DNA from: a virus | Lineage: Duplodnaviria; Caudoviricetes | Reading direction: 5' to 3' (one strand) | DNA: 64,000 bases | Virus record (IMG/VR): IMGVR_UViG_3300020045_003390 | Span: 1-64,000 of that record | In this document: piece by piece, positions 1 to 8,768 of the stretch | Layout: the number at the start of each line of letters is the position of its first letter | How positions within the stretch are numbered: the stretch's first letter is position 1 | Made by a program: the position numbers and the translations under genes | Notes under the pieces: generated by a model | Told to the model about the DNA's origin: nothing | What the model saw: only the letters and a program-made list of their open reading frames with translations | Database searches by the model: none

Positions 1-116
1 TATTGGAATTCTTCATCTACAAGAGAGCGTACAGACTCATCCCCATGCAGGTAAAGATTCCACCTCTGGTTGATCCAGATAAGTCTACAACCTTTGATAC
101 GGTCAATGGTGTTCAT
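1..116 (-). CDS. hypothetical protein, runs off the window edge
   Basis: SD AAAGGAG then ATG at 116 (MNTIDRIKGCRLIW...), open to position 1. Confidence 0.55.
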   Translation of the reverse strand, partial: MNTIDRIKGCRLIWINQRWNLYLHGDESVRSLVDEEFQ

Positions 117-537
117 TTCACTCCTTTCATTAAAATTTAAGATAGCAATTATTCTAGCACAACTTAATCAATTATGCTGTATCATTTACACAACACTCAA
201 ACAAACCCAATCTGGGGTTGATCATACCTAAACTGGGTGTTGTCCGTAAAGATAAGCCTTATGGACTTAAGGACTAGGATTACGGGCTTTACTGAATTAT
301 TTCTTTATTTAAGTGCAAACGAAGGCTTTATTTTGTGCTAAAGACACACGATTTCACTCAGTCATGCTTGCATGAAGGTGATATTTGTTGCAACAGATGC
401 TCGGATTTGGTACTCAGTATTAGGTCTAATCTTTGTTGTGCTTTTATTGTATATAACACCGCAAGCTGGAGAGTTGGAACTATCAGGTTTGACACATGTG
501 AAAAGTGAGTCAAATTACACAGCACTCCAAGACTAAT

Positions 538-1083
538 TTATAAATCCTCTACCTCAAAAGCCTTCCTTCTCATCAACTCAAAGAACCTACTTTCAGCAAT
601 AAAGTCCTCTTGCAAGTGCTCCCGTGCTGTGATGTTCTTGTCGTTGATCTGGAAGGGTGGCATCATGAGCGTACTGCTAAACAACACCTTATTCAAGATC
701 AAAGGTAAGAGCCTAGACTTGATGTTGTTCTTTCTCATACCAGAGAACTTAGAATAATATTCAATCACTTGTTCAATGTTTGGTGATATACCTCTTCTTT
801 TGTTTCTGAACAACAGTACAAACAAAGCAAACTCTTTTACTTCTTTACGAAGTGAGTCAAGTATCTCATTTCTTTCTTGTGTAAGTGGCTCATAATCAAA
901 TTCTGTTATGCCAATTTGTTTAGCAAAATTGAAGGGTATAATCTCTCCTGTTTTTAGGTTAACATACTCCAGTACTTTGTGCCTTACAAATCTAAAGGAC
1001 TTTTTAAGAATCTTGCTCTTATAAATCTTACTTTCTTTTTGTGTACGGAAGATTGCTAAATCTTCAACCTGTTGTGTCATCAA
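538..1083 (-). CDS. hypothetical basic protein, possibly DNA-binding
   Basis: 181-aa Lys/Arg-rich ORF; no family recognised. Confidence 0.6.
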   Translation of the reverse strand: MMTQQVEDLAIFRTQKESKIYKSKILKKSFRFVRHKVLEYVNLKTGEIIPFNFAKQIGITEFDYEPLTQERNEILDSLRKEVKEFALFVLLFRNKRRGISPNIEQVIEYYSKFSGMRKNNIKSRLLPLILNKVLFSSTLMMPPFQINDKNITAREHLQEDFIAESRFFELMRRKAFEVEDL

Positions 1084-1240
1084 CCTTCACCCGGATAATA
1101 GCATTCAAAGGTTGACCCTCAAAATGATTAATCTCTACATCTTGGATGTCAGACAGGGTGAATCCACCTGTAGAAATAAAAACATCATCAACCCATCTCT
1201 GCATATATGTAAGTTCAGCAATCAGTTGTTCAATTTTCAT
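1064..1240 (-). CDS. small hypothetical protein (58 aa, below ORF-track cutoff)
   Basis: ATG 1240, MKIEQLIAELTYMQRWVDDVF...DDTTG*, preceded by GGAGG. Confidence 0.6.
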   Translation of the reverse strand: MKIEQLIAELTYMQRWVDDVFISTGGFTLSDIQDVEINHFEGQPLNAIIRVKVDDTTG

Positions 1241-1526
1241 TATTTACCTCCTTTGCATCAAAATCCCTATCATAGTCTGTTTTCATCCGTTGCAAGAACA
1301 CTTCTTTCCAATAATTCATATCAGGGTCTCCAATATGCTCACCGAGAAGACTAACCTCCACCCATGTGATCTGTTCGTCGTGCCAAAGATCAAGCTGTTC
1401 TTTTGTTGGGTCACGAAGTTCTCCGTAGAGTTCAAGACGATCTTCTTGCCAGTGCTTAGTAACAGACTCCTTGGAAATAAACCAAGTTCCGTACTCTTTG
1501 CTTTTCCAAACCCATCCTTGTTTCAT
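1230..1526 (-). CDS. hypothetical protein
   Basis: SD AAGGAG before MKQGWVWKS. Confidence 0.6.
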   Translation of the reverse strand: MKQGWVWKSKEYGTWFISKESVTKHWQEDRLELYGELRDPTKEQLDLWHDEQITWVEVSLLGEHIGDPDMNYWKEVFLQRMKTDYDRDFDAKEVNNEN

Positions 1527-1585
1527 GTAGGCTCCTTTCATAAAACCCCAAGTTTATCACACAATTCTTTCTTTGTCTATCCCTC

Positions 1586-1614
1586 TTGTTAAATCCCTTT
1601 TCCTATGCTATAAT
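1586..1614 (+). promoter_or_regulatory. sigma70-type promoter
   Basis: TTGTTA-17 nt-TATAAT with extended TG, at the point where the two gene blocks diverge. Confidence 0.65.
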
Positions 1615-1677
1615 TACATCTACGGCAAGAAGAAATTCTTCTATTTTATCTAACTTTATCTCTGAAAGGATAATCCA

Positions 1678-2088
1678 ATGGCACTTACAATTCAACAACA
1701 ACTAGAACTTCGACACGTAGAGGCTTACGACTTAGCTACGTTCCTACAAGGAGTGGAACAAGCAATCAAAGACGGTTACAAAATCTCCCTTGAGCACAAT
1801 GAAACCTACCCCTATGGGTCTTTCGGGCACTACATTGTGAAGATGGTAAAGGAAGAGTTTTCTATTGATAAACTTACCCTTAATGTAAAAGTAGATACGA
1901 CTGAAGTACAGAAGGTTATCACAGATGCTCTAGAAGGGCTTAAAACCCTTCAGGAAGCCTCTGAAAGCACCGAGGAAGGTGCTAGTACCACAGAAGGTAC
2001 AAAAGAGGTTGTAGAGGCTCCTAAGCGCGCTGAAACGGCTGCACAAGACGTTAAGGCGAAGCCGGGTCGGAAGGCGAAGAGCGAGTAA
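1678..2088 (+). CDS. hypothetical protein
   Basis: 136-aa ORF with SD AAAGGA. Confidence 0.7.
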   Translation: MALTIQQQLELRHVEAYDLATFLQGVEQAIKDGYKISLEHNETYPYGSFGHYIVKMVKEEFSIDKLTLNVKVDTTEVQKVITDALEGLKTLQEASESTEEGASTTEGTKEVVEAPKRAETAAQDVKAKPGRKAKSE

Positions 2089-2114
2089 GTTTAATAATAC
2101 TTAAAGGAGAACTA

Positions 2115-2885
2115 ATGACCACTGCACGTAAAATCACCAGGAATAAAAAAGAAGGTGCTGGACCAGTTGTATCAGAAAAGTTTGCTGAGATTAGAGCACA
2201 GAAGGTGTTTGAACTGAAACCAAAGACTGAGAATCAGGCAAAAGCACTGAAGTTGCTGAAGGAGAAGAAAGTCACAGTGCTTCGAGGCAGTTCTGGCTCT
2301 GGCAAATCGTATCTTGCTTGCATTCATGCAGCAAACGAGTACCTTAAGGGTAATGTAAAGAAGATCGTCTTGATTCGACCATATGAAATGGTTGGGCGTA
2401 CAATTGGCCTGCGGCCCGGGAGCGCCGAAGATAAACTTCGTCCCCTAATGCAGAGTATGTTGCAATATCTTGAACTTGTTTTTGGTAAAGCAGAACTTGA
2501 AGCCAAGATTGCAACTGGTACTGTGGTTCTTGAAGCCCTAGAAGATTGCAGGGGGCGCTCATATGAGAACTCATGGATTATTTGCGATGAGGCACAGAAC
2601 ATTGACTCTCATGGAATGAAAGCACTTGTCACCCGACTGAACGAAAACAGTAAGATTTGCTTCTGTGGGGATGGCAAGCAAAAGGACACTAAGTCTGACT
2701 CTGGCATTGACAGTCTGTGCAACATCATTAGTAAGGTTCGTAAAGAGTCTCCATCATATCTAAACGAAAAAGACATGTGGGAGGCTAACAATAATTTTGG
2801 TGTAGTTACTTTTACGCATGATGATGTGGTACGTTCTGGATTTACTGCCCTTATGGTAAAAGTAATTGATAACGACTGGTCTTAG
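2115..2885 (+). CDS. phoH: PhoH family ATPase
   Basis: Walker A GSSGSGKS, IVLIRP, RGRS and ICDEAQN motifs typical of PhoH. Confidence 0.92.
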   Translation: MTTARKITRNKKEGAGPVVSEKFAEIRAQKVFELKPKTENQAKALKLLKEKKVTVLRGSSGSGKSYLACIHAANEYLKGNVKKIVLIRPYEMVGRTIGLRPGSAEDKLRPLMQSMLQYLELVFGKAELEAKIATGTVVLEALEDCRGRSYENSWIICDEAQNIDSHGMKALVTRLNENSKICFCGDGKQKDTKSDSGIDSLCNIISKVRKESPSYLNEKDMWEANNNFGVVTFTHDDVVRSGFTALMVKVIDNDWS

Positions 2886-2893
2886 GGAGGAAT

Positions 2894-3643
2894 ATGGTAA
2901 ATAAGATTGACCTAACAGGTGACAAGATTGGAAACTGGGAGGTGCTAGGTTTTTCTGGTAGAAGCCCTAAGACTCGACAAGCAAAATGGTTGTGCAGATG
3001 TGTTTGTGGTGTGGAAAAAGAAGTCTTGCAGGATAGTCTTCGTGCTGGCAGTTCCAAGTCTTGTGGTTGCTCTAAACCAAGAGGAGAAGCCAATGTCCAT
3101 TTTAAGCATGGCTTGGCCCACAAGACAAAAGTGTATAGTTCATGGAGTCACATAAAAGCACGTTGTTATAACCCTAGTAACATAGACTACCCCACGTATG
3201 GTGCTGCTGGTATTAAGATGGAAGAAGAATGGAGAAATGACTTTCTTGCTTTTTATTCAGAAATCGGAGAACCACCAGAAAATACAGCCGAATGGGGTGT
3301 TGAGAGGATTGATACCACCAAGGGTTATATCAAGGGAAATATAAAGTGGGCAACCCAAGACGAGCAAGCAAGGAATAGAGTGAAACCCGCTAACAACACC
3401 TCTGGTGTGATGGGGGTTGGTTGGAAGCATCAAGGGAATTATACCGCTGCATATGCGTGCTGGATGGGGTTGGACGGGAAGAAGATGGCTGTATATTTTA
3501 GTGTTAATAAATATGGGCTTTTACCAGCTTTTCAGATGGCAGTACTAGCAAGGGATGGGGCGATTACAGGTTTGATTCTGAACGGGAATTATAAAGAAAG
3601 TCATGGAAAGGACAAAAATGAATACAAAATTTGCACGAAATAA
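2894..3643 (+). CDS. HNH/AP2-type homing endonuclease
   Basis: WLCRCVCG...SCGC, RCYNP...YG..GI, ERID..KGY..GNIKWAT, NNTSGVMGV. Confidence 0.85.
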   Translation: MVNKIDLTGDKIGNWEVLGFSGRSPKTRQAKWLCRCVCGVEKEVLQDSLRAGSSKSCGCSKPRGEANVHFKHGLAHKTKVYSSWSHIKARCYNPSNIDYPTYGAAGIKMEEEWRNDFLAFYSEIGEPPENTAEWGVERIDTTKGYIKGNIKWATQDEQARNRVKPANNTSGVMGVGWKHQGNYTAAYACWMGLDGKKMAVYFSVNKYGLLPAFQMAVLARDGAITGLILNGNYKESHGKDKNEYKICTK

Positions 3644-4298
3644 AGACGAAGATGATGAAGATGACGGTTTTCCAAAACAAAAGAAAGTTCAGTATTACAA
3701 AAGAGCAATCCCTTCTTTTGAACTGATTGTAAATCTTAAAGATGAAATCCGTGATCCTAATCATTACTTTGAACTTGTTGAGGAAATGGATTCTTTGAGT
3801 GAAGACGATCTTGTGGACTTCAAAGTATCGTCGCCCGGAGGCCGCATCGACGGTTTAATTGGATTAATCAATGCTATCCGGGATTGCCAAGCACCTGTCA
3901 TTGGAACACTAGACGGCGAGGCTGCAAGTGCTGCTACTGTGCTGCTTCTTGTCTGTGATGGTATCCGAGTTAAGCCTTACTCTACGATGATGATTCACTC
4001 TGCTAGTTTTGGTGGGCACAATCATCAATCTAATATGGTCAGTCAATCTATTTTTGTGGACCAACAATGCAGAGAGATTCTCACTGACGCATACAAAGAC
4101 TTCTTGAGCACTGACGAACTTTCTCAGATATTCTCCGGCCTTGAAATCCGATTGAACTACGATCAGATTAACGAACGCCTTGAAAGCAGGGACCAGACTC
4201 GTAGACAACGTATGAAAGAAGAGATGGAAGCACGAGAGAAGGTTGGAACTACCCCCAAGAAAACCCCTCGTAAAAAGAAAGAACCCCCTCAGGAATGA
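3618..4298 (+). CDS. ClpP-like serine protease
   Basis: SSPGG, AASAATVL (catalytic Ser) and MMIH (catalytic His) motifs. Confidence 0.8.
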   Translation: MNTKFARNKDEDDEDDGFPKQKKVQYYKRAIPSFELIVNLKDEIRDPNHYFELVEEMDSLSEDDLVDFKVSSPGGRIDGLIGLINAIRDCQAPVIGTLDGEAASAATVLLLVCDGIRVKPYSTMMIHSASFGGHNHQSNMVSQSIFVDQQCREILTDAYKDFLSTDELSQIFSGLEIRLNYDQINERLESRDQTRRQRMKEEMEAREKVGTTPKKTPRKKKEPPQE

Positions 4299-4795
4299 AC
4301 AAACAATCTCTAGAGCGACTAAAAGAGCTTCTGGAGTACAACCCTGAGACTGGTAAGGTGACTATAAAGAAATCTAATCGTGTTTTGACATGTGATAACG
4401 ATGGAATTGTAGTCATCTTTGATTCTAAAGCCAAGCCTAAAACAAGAAAATATAAACTAGAGCGCATTGCTTACTACTTGGCTTTTTCTATCATACCAAG
4501 GGAAGAGCAAAAAGTTCTTCACAAGAATCTTGATACAGAAGATAATAGAATCCAGAATCTTTCCTTGGTGTCTAGGGCGGTTTTCAGGCAAATCAAAGAA
4601 GCTCATAGAAATCTTACTGGTGGGATACATATTATTCCTCATGCTGCAGATCAGTTCTCGTATATCTTGAAGTACTTTGATGGTGGAATTGAGAAGAGTA
4701 AGATTATCCAAGATATTGTTGTTGCTAGGAGGCAGCAATTAAAGTTGCAGTTGAAATATAGTAAAATACTCACAAAGTTCTGCGTATTTGACTAG
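4295..4795 (+). CDS. degenerate HNH-family protein
   Basis: LKELLEYNPETG N-terminus and LHKNLDTEDNRIQNL resemble HNH_3, with altered active-site residues. Confidence 0.6.
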   Translation: MNKQSLERLKELLEYNPETGKVTIKKSNRVLTCDNDGIVVIFDSKAKPKTRKYKLERIAYYLAFSIIPREEQKVLHKNLDTEDNRIQNLSLVSRAVFRQIKEAHRNLTGGIHIIPHAADQFSYILKYFDGGIEKSKIIQDIVVARRQQLKLQLKYSKILTKFCVFD

Positions 4796-4821
4796 ACTTT
4801 TAAGTATTTTGATGGTATAAT
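4793..4821 (+). promoter_or_regulatory. sigma70-type promoter
   Basis: TAGACT-17 nt-TATAAT with extended TG. Confidence 0.7.
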
Positions 4822-4827
4822 CAAGAT

Positions 4828-5024
4828 TAGCAATAATTCTATTAAAGCTTTACTCAAGTTCAATGACCTCCAGTGCGTATTCTGGGTCTTTAATCTCCTT
4901 TCAACTCAGGCTAACCACGCACTTCCTCCTTCTAATGAGCCACTGAGTAAAGCCTAACTGTCTGTGTTCGCTGTATGCTTGCATACGGTCTACGGCAGAC
5001 CCGGAACCATTACCGGGACTTTTT
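4828..5024 (+). ncRNA. putative structured small RNA with anti-SD tracts
   Basis: upstream promoter, 10-bp closing stem 4847-4856/4944-4953, several hairpins, terminator-like end; no ORF. Confidence 0.5.
5000..5024 (+). terminator. intrinsic terminator candidate
   Basis: CCCGG-aaccatta-CCGGG followed by ACTTTTT. Confidence 0.55.
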
Positions 5025-5170
5025 ACGACAACCGAGTACTAGGATTGACTAGGAACAGGCGGGTTCTGATTCACAAAACCATTTTAGGTCCCGATATGCA
5101 TCAGATGTGAAGACTCAAGCTTCATGGTTGTCATTTTACATCAACTCTTATAAGAATAATAACAAACATC

Positions 5171-5347
5171 ATGGCTATTTGCATCACTTGCCAAAGCTAC
5201 TACAGGCAATCTCAATACAACGCTTCACAGCAATGTGATGAGTGCGTTGATTCCTTGGAGGTTCCTCTTTTCGATGAAGAGGACACTCTTGAAGTTGAGC
5301 ACTTGCTCCATCCATCTGGAAAAACTCCTGCTCGTTTTTACGAGTAA
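5171..5347 (+). CDS. small CxxC...CxxC protein (58 aa)
   Basis: MAICITCQSYYRQSQYNASQQCDECVD...; fills the gap before 5392. Confidence 0.6.
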   Translation: MAICITCQSYYRQSQYNASQQCDECVDSLEVPLFDEEDTLEVEHLLHPSGKTPARFYE

Positions 5348-5391
5348 GTCTTAATAACATTCTAATACAACTAAACTTAAGGAACTAAATC

Positions 5392-5769
5392 ATGGCAGGT
5401 TACATCTCTTCTGACGTTCTTGACGCAGCACTTAATCTTATTGACACCGCAGGTAATAAACTAGTTATTTGCAGTGCGCTTCCAGTTACTTACGCTGAAG
5501 CTAACGCAACTTATGCACTTGGTAGCAAGGTGTCTCCTACTATTTCTGCACCGCAAGCACGTACACCGGATGGTCGTAAAGTTGTTGTGAGTGCTATTAC
5601 TGACGGTACTGTAACTGCTACGGGTACAGCTACGCACTTTGCAGTGCTTGACACAACTGGTTCGCGCTTGCTTGCAGCACAGGCATTGAATGCTTCACAA
5701 GCTGTTACTGCTGGTAATACTTTTACCCTGGCTGCTGTTGATATTGGTATCCCCGGCACTGTAGCTTAA
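5392..5769 (+). CDS. putative virion structural protein
   Basis: Ala/Thr/Gly-rich, beta-rich composition; strong SD. Confidence 0.6.
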   Translation: MAGYISSDVLDAALNLIDTAGNKLVICSALPVTYAEANATYALGSKVSPTISAPQARTPDGRKVVVSAITDGTVTATGTATHFAVLDTTGSRLLAAQALNASQAVTAGNTFTLAAVDIGIPGTVA

Positions 5770-5790
5770 TAGATTTAGAGGATTACCATT

Positions 5791-6189
5791 ATGGACCTCT
5801 ATACAGAAATTCAAGGTTTAGATGCGACTTTAGTCGCATCTCATGATTATCAGGTTATAGCTGATGTATTGTCAATCAATCGCAAGAAGGTTGTTACACG
5901 ACTTGGTGGTATTGGGCTTGTACTAGAAACCCTTGGTCCAACTGAGGGTGCTGCTTTGCTGGACGCCTTGGAGTTGCAAGCATCATCTGTACCTGCTCTC
6001 AAGTGGGCATGGATTCTGGTAAACCGTGGAGAATTGGACTTTGGTTCACCAGCTACTCGTGCAATGATTGATGCGCTAATCCCAGAGCCAAATCGAACAT
6101 TGCTTAAATCAGTAGCGGAAGTGCCAGACCTGATTAGTCCAGCACAAGTTGAAGTGGCTATGAAGAATGCAAATGGGACTAACAAATGA
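5791..6189 (+). CDS. hypothetical protein
   Basis: 132-aa ORF with SD GAGGA, coupled to next gene. Confidence 0.7.
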   Translation: MDLYTEIQGLDATLVASHDYQVIADVLSINRKKVVTRLGGIGLVLETLGPTEGAALLDALELQASSVPALKWAWILVNRGELDFGSPATRAMIDALIPEPNRTLLKSVAEVPDLISPAQVEVAMKNANGTNK

Positions 6190-6590
6190 GCACTACAACA
6201 CTAACAAAAGCCGTTAGAACCTTAATCGCAGCAGGTACATCTAATGCTGCTGGTGCTACCCTGCTTGGCACTCCGGTTGATTTGCGTACAGCATTGGGTG
6301 GTTTGCTTACTATTAAGACCACCAATAGCGGAACCCTTGGAGTTCAAGCTACAGTCAGTATTCTAGCTGCACATAATGCTGGCGCTACCCCCTCTGCAGC
6401 AATAGCAGGAACAGACTGGAAAACACTACATCAAGTCGGCACAGGTTTGGTCAGCGGTACGGTAAATGAATGGTCCTATCGTGTACCTGAAGGTGTAATG
6501 CATGTTAATGTAGCGATAACTGGTAATACTACTAACGCAGTAGTTTGCGAAGCATTCATGAGTGAGGTTTCTTCAGCAGCGAGTGCATAA
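6186..6590 (+). CDS. putative structural protein
   Basis: Ala/Thr/Gly-rich; ATGA overlap with upstream gene. Confidence 0.6.
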   Translation: MSTTTLTKAVRTLIAAGTSNAAGATLLGTPVDLRTALGGLLTIKTTNSGTLGVQATVSILAAHNAGATPSAAIAGTDWKTLHQVGTGLVSGTVNEWSYRVPEGVMHVNVAITGNTTNAVVCEAFMSEVSSAASA

Positions 6591-8288
6591 ATGGCTTTCG
6601 TAAAGATCAAAGTACCTCGTACTCGTCAGCCACAAGATGTATGTGGGATTGATTGGTCAAACCCGATTACAAAGCACTTAACTTCTGCATGGACGGGTGG
6701 AAGAAGCACTGGACTCTCAGACGCTCCTGCAGTTTTTGGGGCTAAGGCCATAAACCCTATTGGTGTTGGTGGCGCAGGTAACGGCACTTCTGATTTCACG
6801 AATCTACCGCTTAATGCTTTATCTAGCCGTGATCCTGATAATGTATTCGGAACGAAAATTGTTCTGATGACATTAGGTGCTGGTGGGTCCAGCAGATGTA
6901 TTGTTGGTGGTTCAACTCCCTCTACTGTTTGGCAATGCGATGGTGGAACTGTAGGTATTAGACAACCCGGTTCGTACACTCATTATACAAGTCCAACGAT
7001 TATGACAGCAGGTGAAACCTGCATGATTGCATTGGCGGTAGACGGTACAGCCATTGGTTCGGCAGTCAGGTGCTATAAAAATGGGATGTTGGTTGATAGT
7101 TCAACCACTGGCACCATTGCTTTGACTGGATTTGTTGGCATCCCCACGCTCGGAAGTGCTGGTGCTCAAGGACGTTATTTTGATGGTGTAATATATTTGC
7201 ACTTATCATTTGATACACCGCTGTCAACCAAGGAGGTTAAATCTTTATATGATAATCCTTGGCAAGTTTTCGAGCCAGAAGAGATTTCAGTATGGGTGCC
7301 AGATGTCGTAGCCAGTACTACAGACAGCCTCACCCCTAAGAGTATTGTGATTAGTGCACTAACATCAAGTGCACCGACCATTGGTCAGATTCATGTTCTG
7401 CCAGAGAAGGCTATCAACCTTTCACCTGTATCCACTACGTCTATAGGAATTAGTCAAGTTCACCAACTAGTTGGCGGCACTATTAATTTAGGTGCAACAA
7501 CAGTAGCCAATCCAGCAATTGGACAAGCACATGCACTGATACCACAATCGGTAAATCTGGGTTCTCTAGGTGTTAGTTCTACGGCTGTTGCACAGGTACA
7601 TGCACTTGTAAGAAACAATCTTACTATTTCTTCTGTAGTTACCACTCCAGCTATATTTAGTCAGGCTCATACACTTACTGCTCAGGCTACCAATCTAAGT
7701 GCAATTACAGTAGGTCACCCTGCGTTAACTTCTGCATCAAATGTAAATAATTTGAGCGGAAAGAGCATTGCACTTGAAGCGGTGCAGATTACCAAACCTA
7801 GTATTGAACAAATACACATACTGACAGGTCTTGGTGTTAGTCTTAATAATCTGACCACTACAAAACCAGAAATTGGTCAGATTCATGTACTTCCTGCACA
7901 GCCGATTACTCTTTCGGAATCTGTAGTTAGCAAGCCAGATTTAACCTCTCTCGCTAACACAGATAACTTGTCTACAAGAGATATAGTCCTAGGGGCATTC
8001 ACTGCAAGTAATCCTATAGTTGGACAGGTACATATTTTGGTTGGTAGGCCGCTTGTTACAGGTTTAGTGCAAGCACTTACACCTATGATTGGTCAAGTTC
8101 ATGGGTTAACATCAAGGAGTATTGTTCTGGGTTATTGGGGGGTAAGCAATCCTACTCTATCTGGTTCACCAGTTCCACCACCCGGCGTTACCACACACGT
8201 AGAGTTTATTTTTTCGGAAGTTGTAGATGACAAAGTAATGGTAGTTCTACAAGATGACGTTATCCAAACAAATATTATCTGGAGATGA
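6591..8288 (+). CDS. fibre-like protein: LamG/ConA-like N-domain plus 23-aa QxH repeats
   Basis: YKNG.LV...LG...YFDGVIY...PLS..EV..LY.NPW motif of LamG-like domains, then about 12 tandem repeats. Confidence 0.65.
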   Translation: MAFVKIKVPRTRQPQDVCGIDWSNPITKHLTSAWTGGRSTGLSDAPAVFGAKAINPIGVGGAGNGTSDFTNLPLNALSSRDPDNVFGTKIVLMTLGAGGSSRCIVGGSTPSTVWQCDGGTVGIRQPGSYTHYTSPTIMTAGETCMIALAVDGTAIGSAVRCYKNGMLVDSSTTGTIALTGFVGIPTLGSAGAQGRYFDGVIYLHLSFDTPLSTKEVKSLYDNPWQVFEPEEISVWVPDVVASTTDSLTPKSIVISALTSSAPTIGQIHVLPEKAINLSPVSTTSIGISQVHQLVGGTINLGATTVANPAIGQAHALIPQSVNLGSLGVSSTAVAQVHALVRNNLTISSVVTTPAIFSQAHTLTAQATNLSAITVGHPALTSASNVNNLSGKSIALEAVQITKPSIEQIHILTGLGVSLNNLTTTKPEIGQIHVLPAQPITLSESVVSKPDLTSLANTDNLSTRDIVLGAFTASNPIVGQVHILVGRPLVTGLVQALTPMIGQVHGLTSRSIVLGYWGVSNPTLSGSPVPPPGVTTHVEFIFSEVVDDKVMVVLQDDVIQTNIIWR

Positions 8289-8289
8289 C

Positions 8290-8640
8290 ATGAGTATTAT
8301 TACTAGAGTTAGAAACAGCACTAAGCGAATCACCTTCAACTGGTCAGTGGTGAGTGACAAAGTAACCATTCCGCTTGATCTTTCTGGCATGACTTTGCAG
8401 ATGCTGGTTGATACAGAAGATGTAGAGTCAAATCCAGCTAGCCCCTTGCGTATTGCGACAATCGATGGTATAATTACAGATGCAACAAATGGGGAAGCAT
8501 ATTTCCCATTGACAACAACCATAACTGGAACTATCCAGAGATTGTTCTTTGAGGTGTGGGTTGCTGACACTAACAGTGAATCGTATCCGATTGATTCGGG
8601 GAGTTTGATTGTTGTAGGTAGCTTGAAAGAAAATCCGTAG
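8290..8640 (+). CDS. putative structural/adaptor protein (BppU-like beta fold)
   Basis: PLDLSGMTLQM...ITDATNGEAYFPLT...FFEVWV pattern; ATG at 8290. Confidence 0.45.
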   Translation: MSIITRVRNSTKRITFNWSVVSDKVTIPLDLSGMTLQMLVDTEDVESNPASPLRIATIDGIITDATNGEAYFPLTTTITGTIQRLFFEVWVADTNSESYPIDSGSLIVVGSLKENP

Positions 8641-8692
8641 TGTATCTCACAGTGAGCATTCTTTGAGTGCTCATTTTAAGAAATACTTTTTA

Positions 8693-8768
8693 GCCGATTT
8701 AGCTCAGTTGGTAGAGCAACCGCCTTGTAAGCGGTAGGTAGTGAGTTCAAATCTTACAGTCGGCACCA
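8693..8768 (+). tRNA. tRNA-Thr(UGU)
   Basis: cloverleaf GCCGATT...AGTCGGC-A-CCA, anticodon loop CTTGTAA, TTCAA T-loop. Confidence 0.95.

Noticed and set aside
4898-4915. Minus-strand micro-ORF after AAGGAGG (GTG GTT AGC CTG AGT TGA)
   Set aside because: Five codons with no minus-strand promoter seen; the plus-strand promoter/terminator explanation fits better, though this remains the main alternative
4932-4955. Hammerhead ribozyme (CTAATGAG); also GATGAGGAAA near 20787
   Set aside because: Core needs CUGANGA and a correctly placed GAAA; neither site fits
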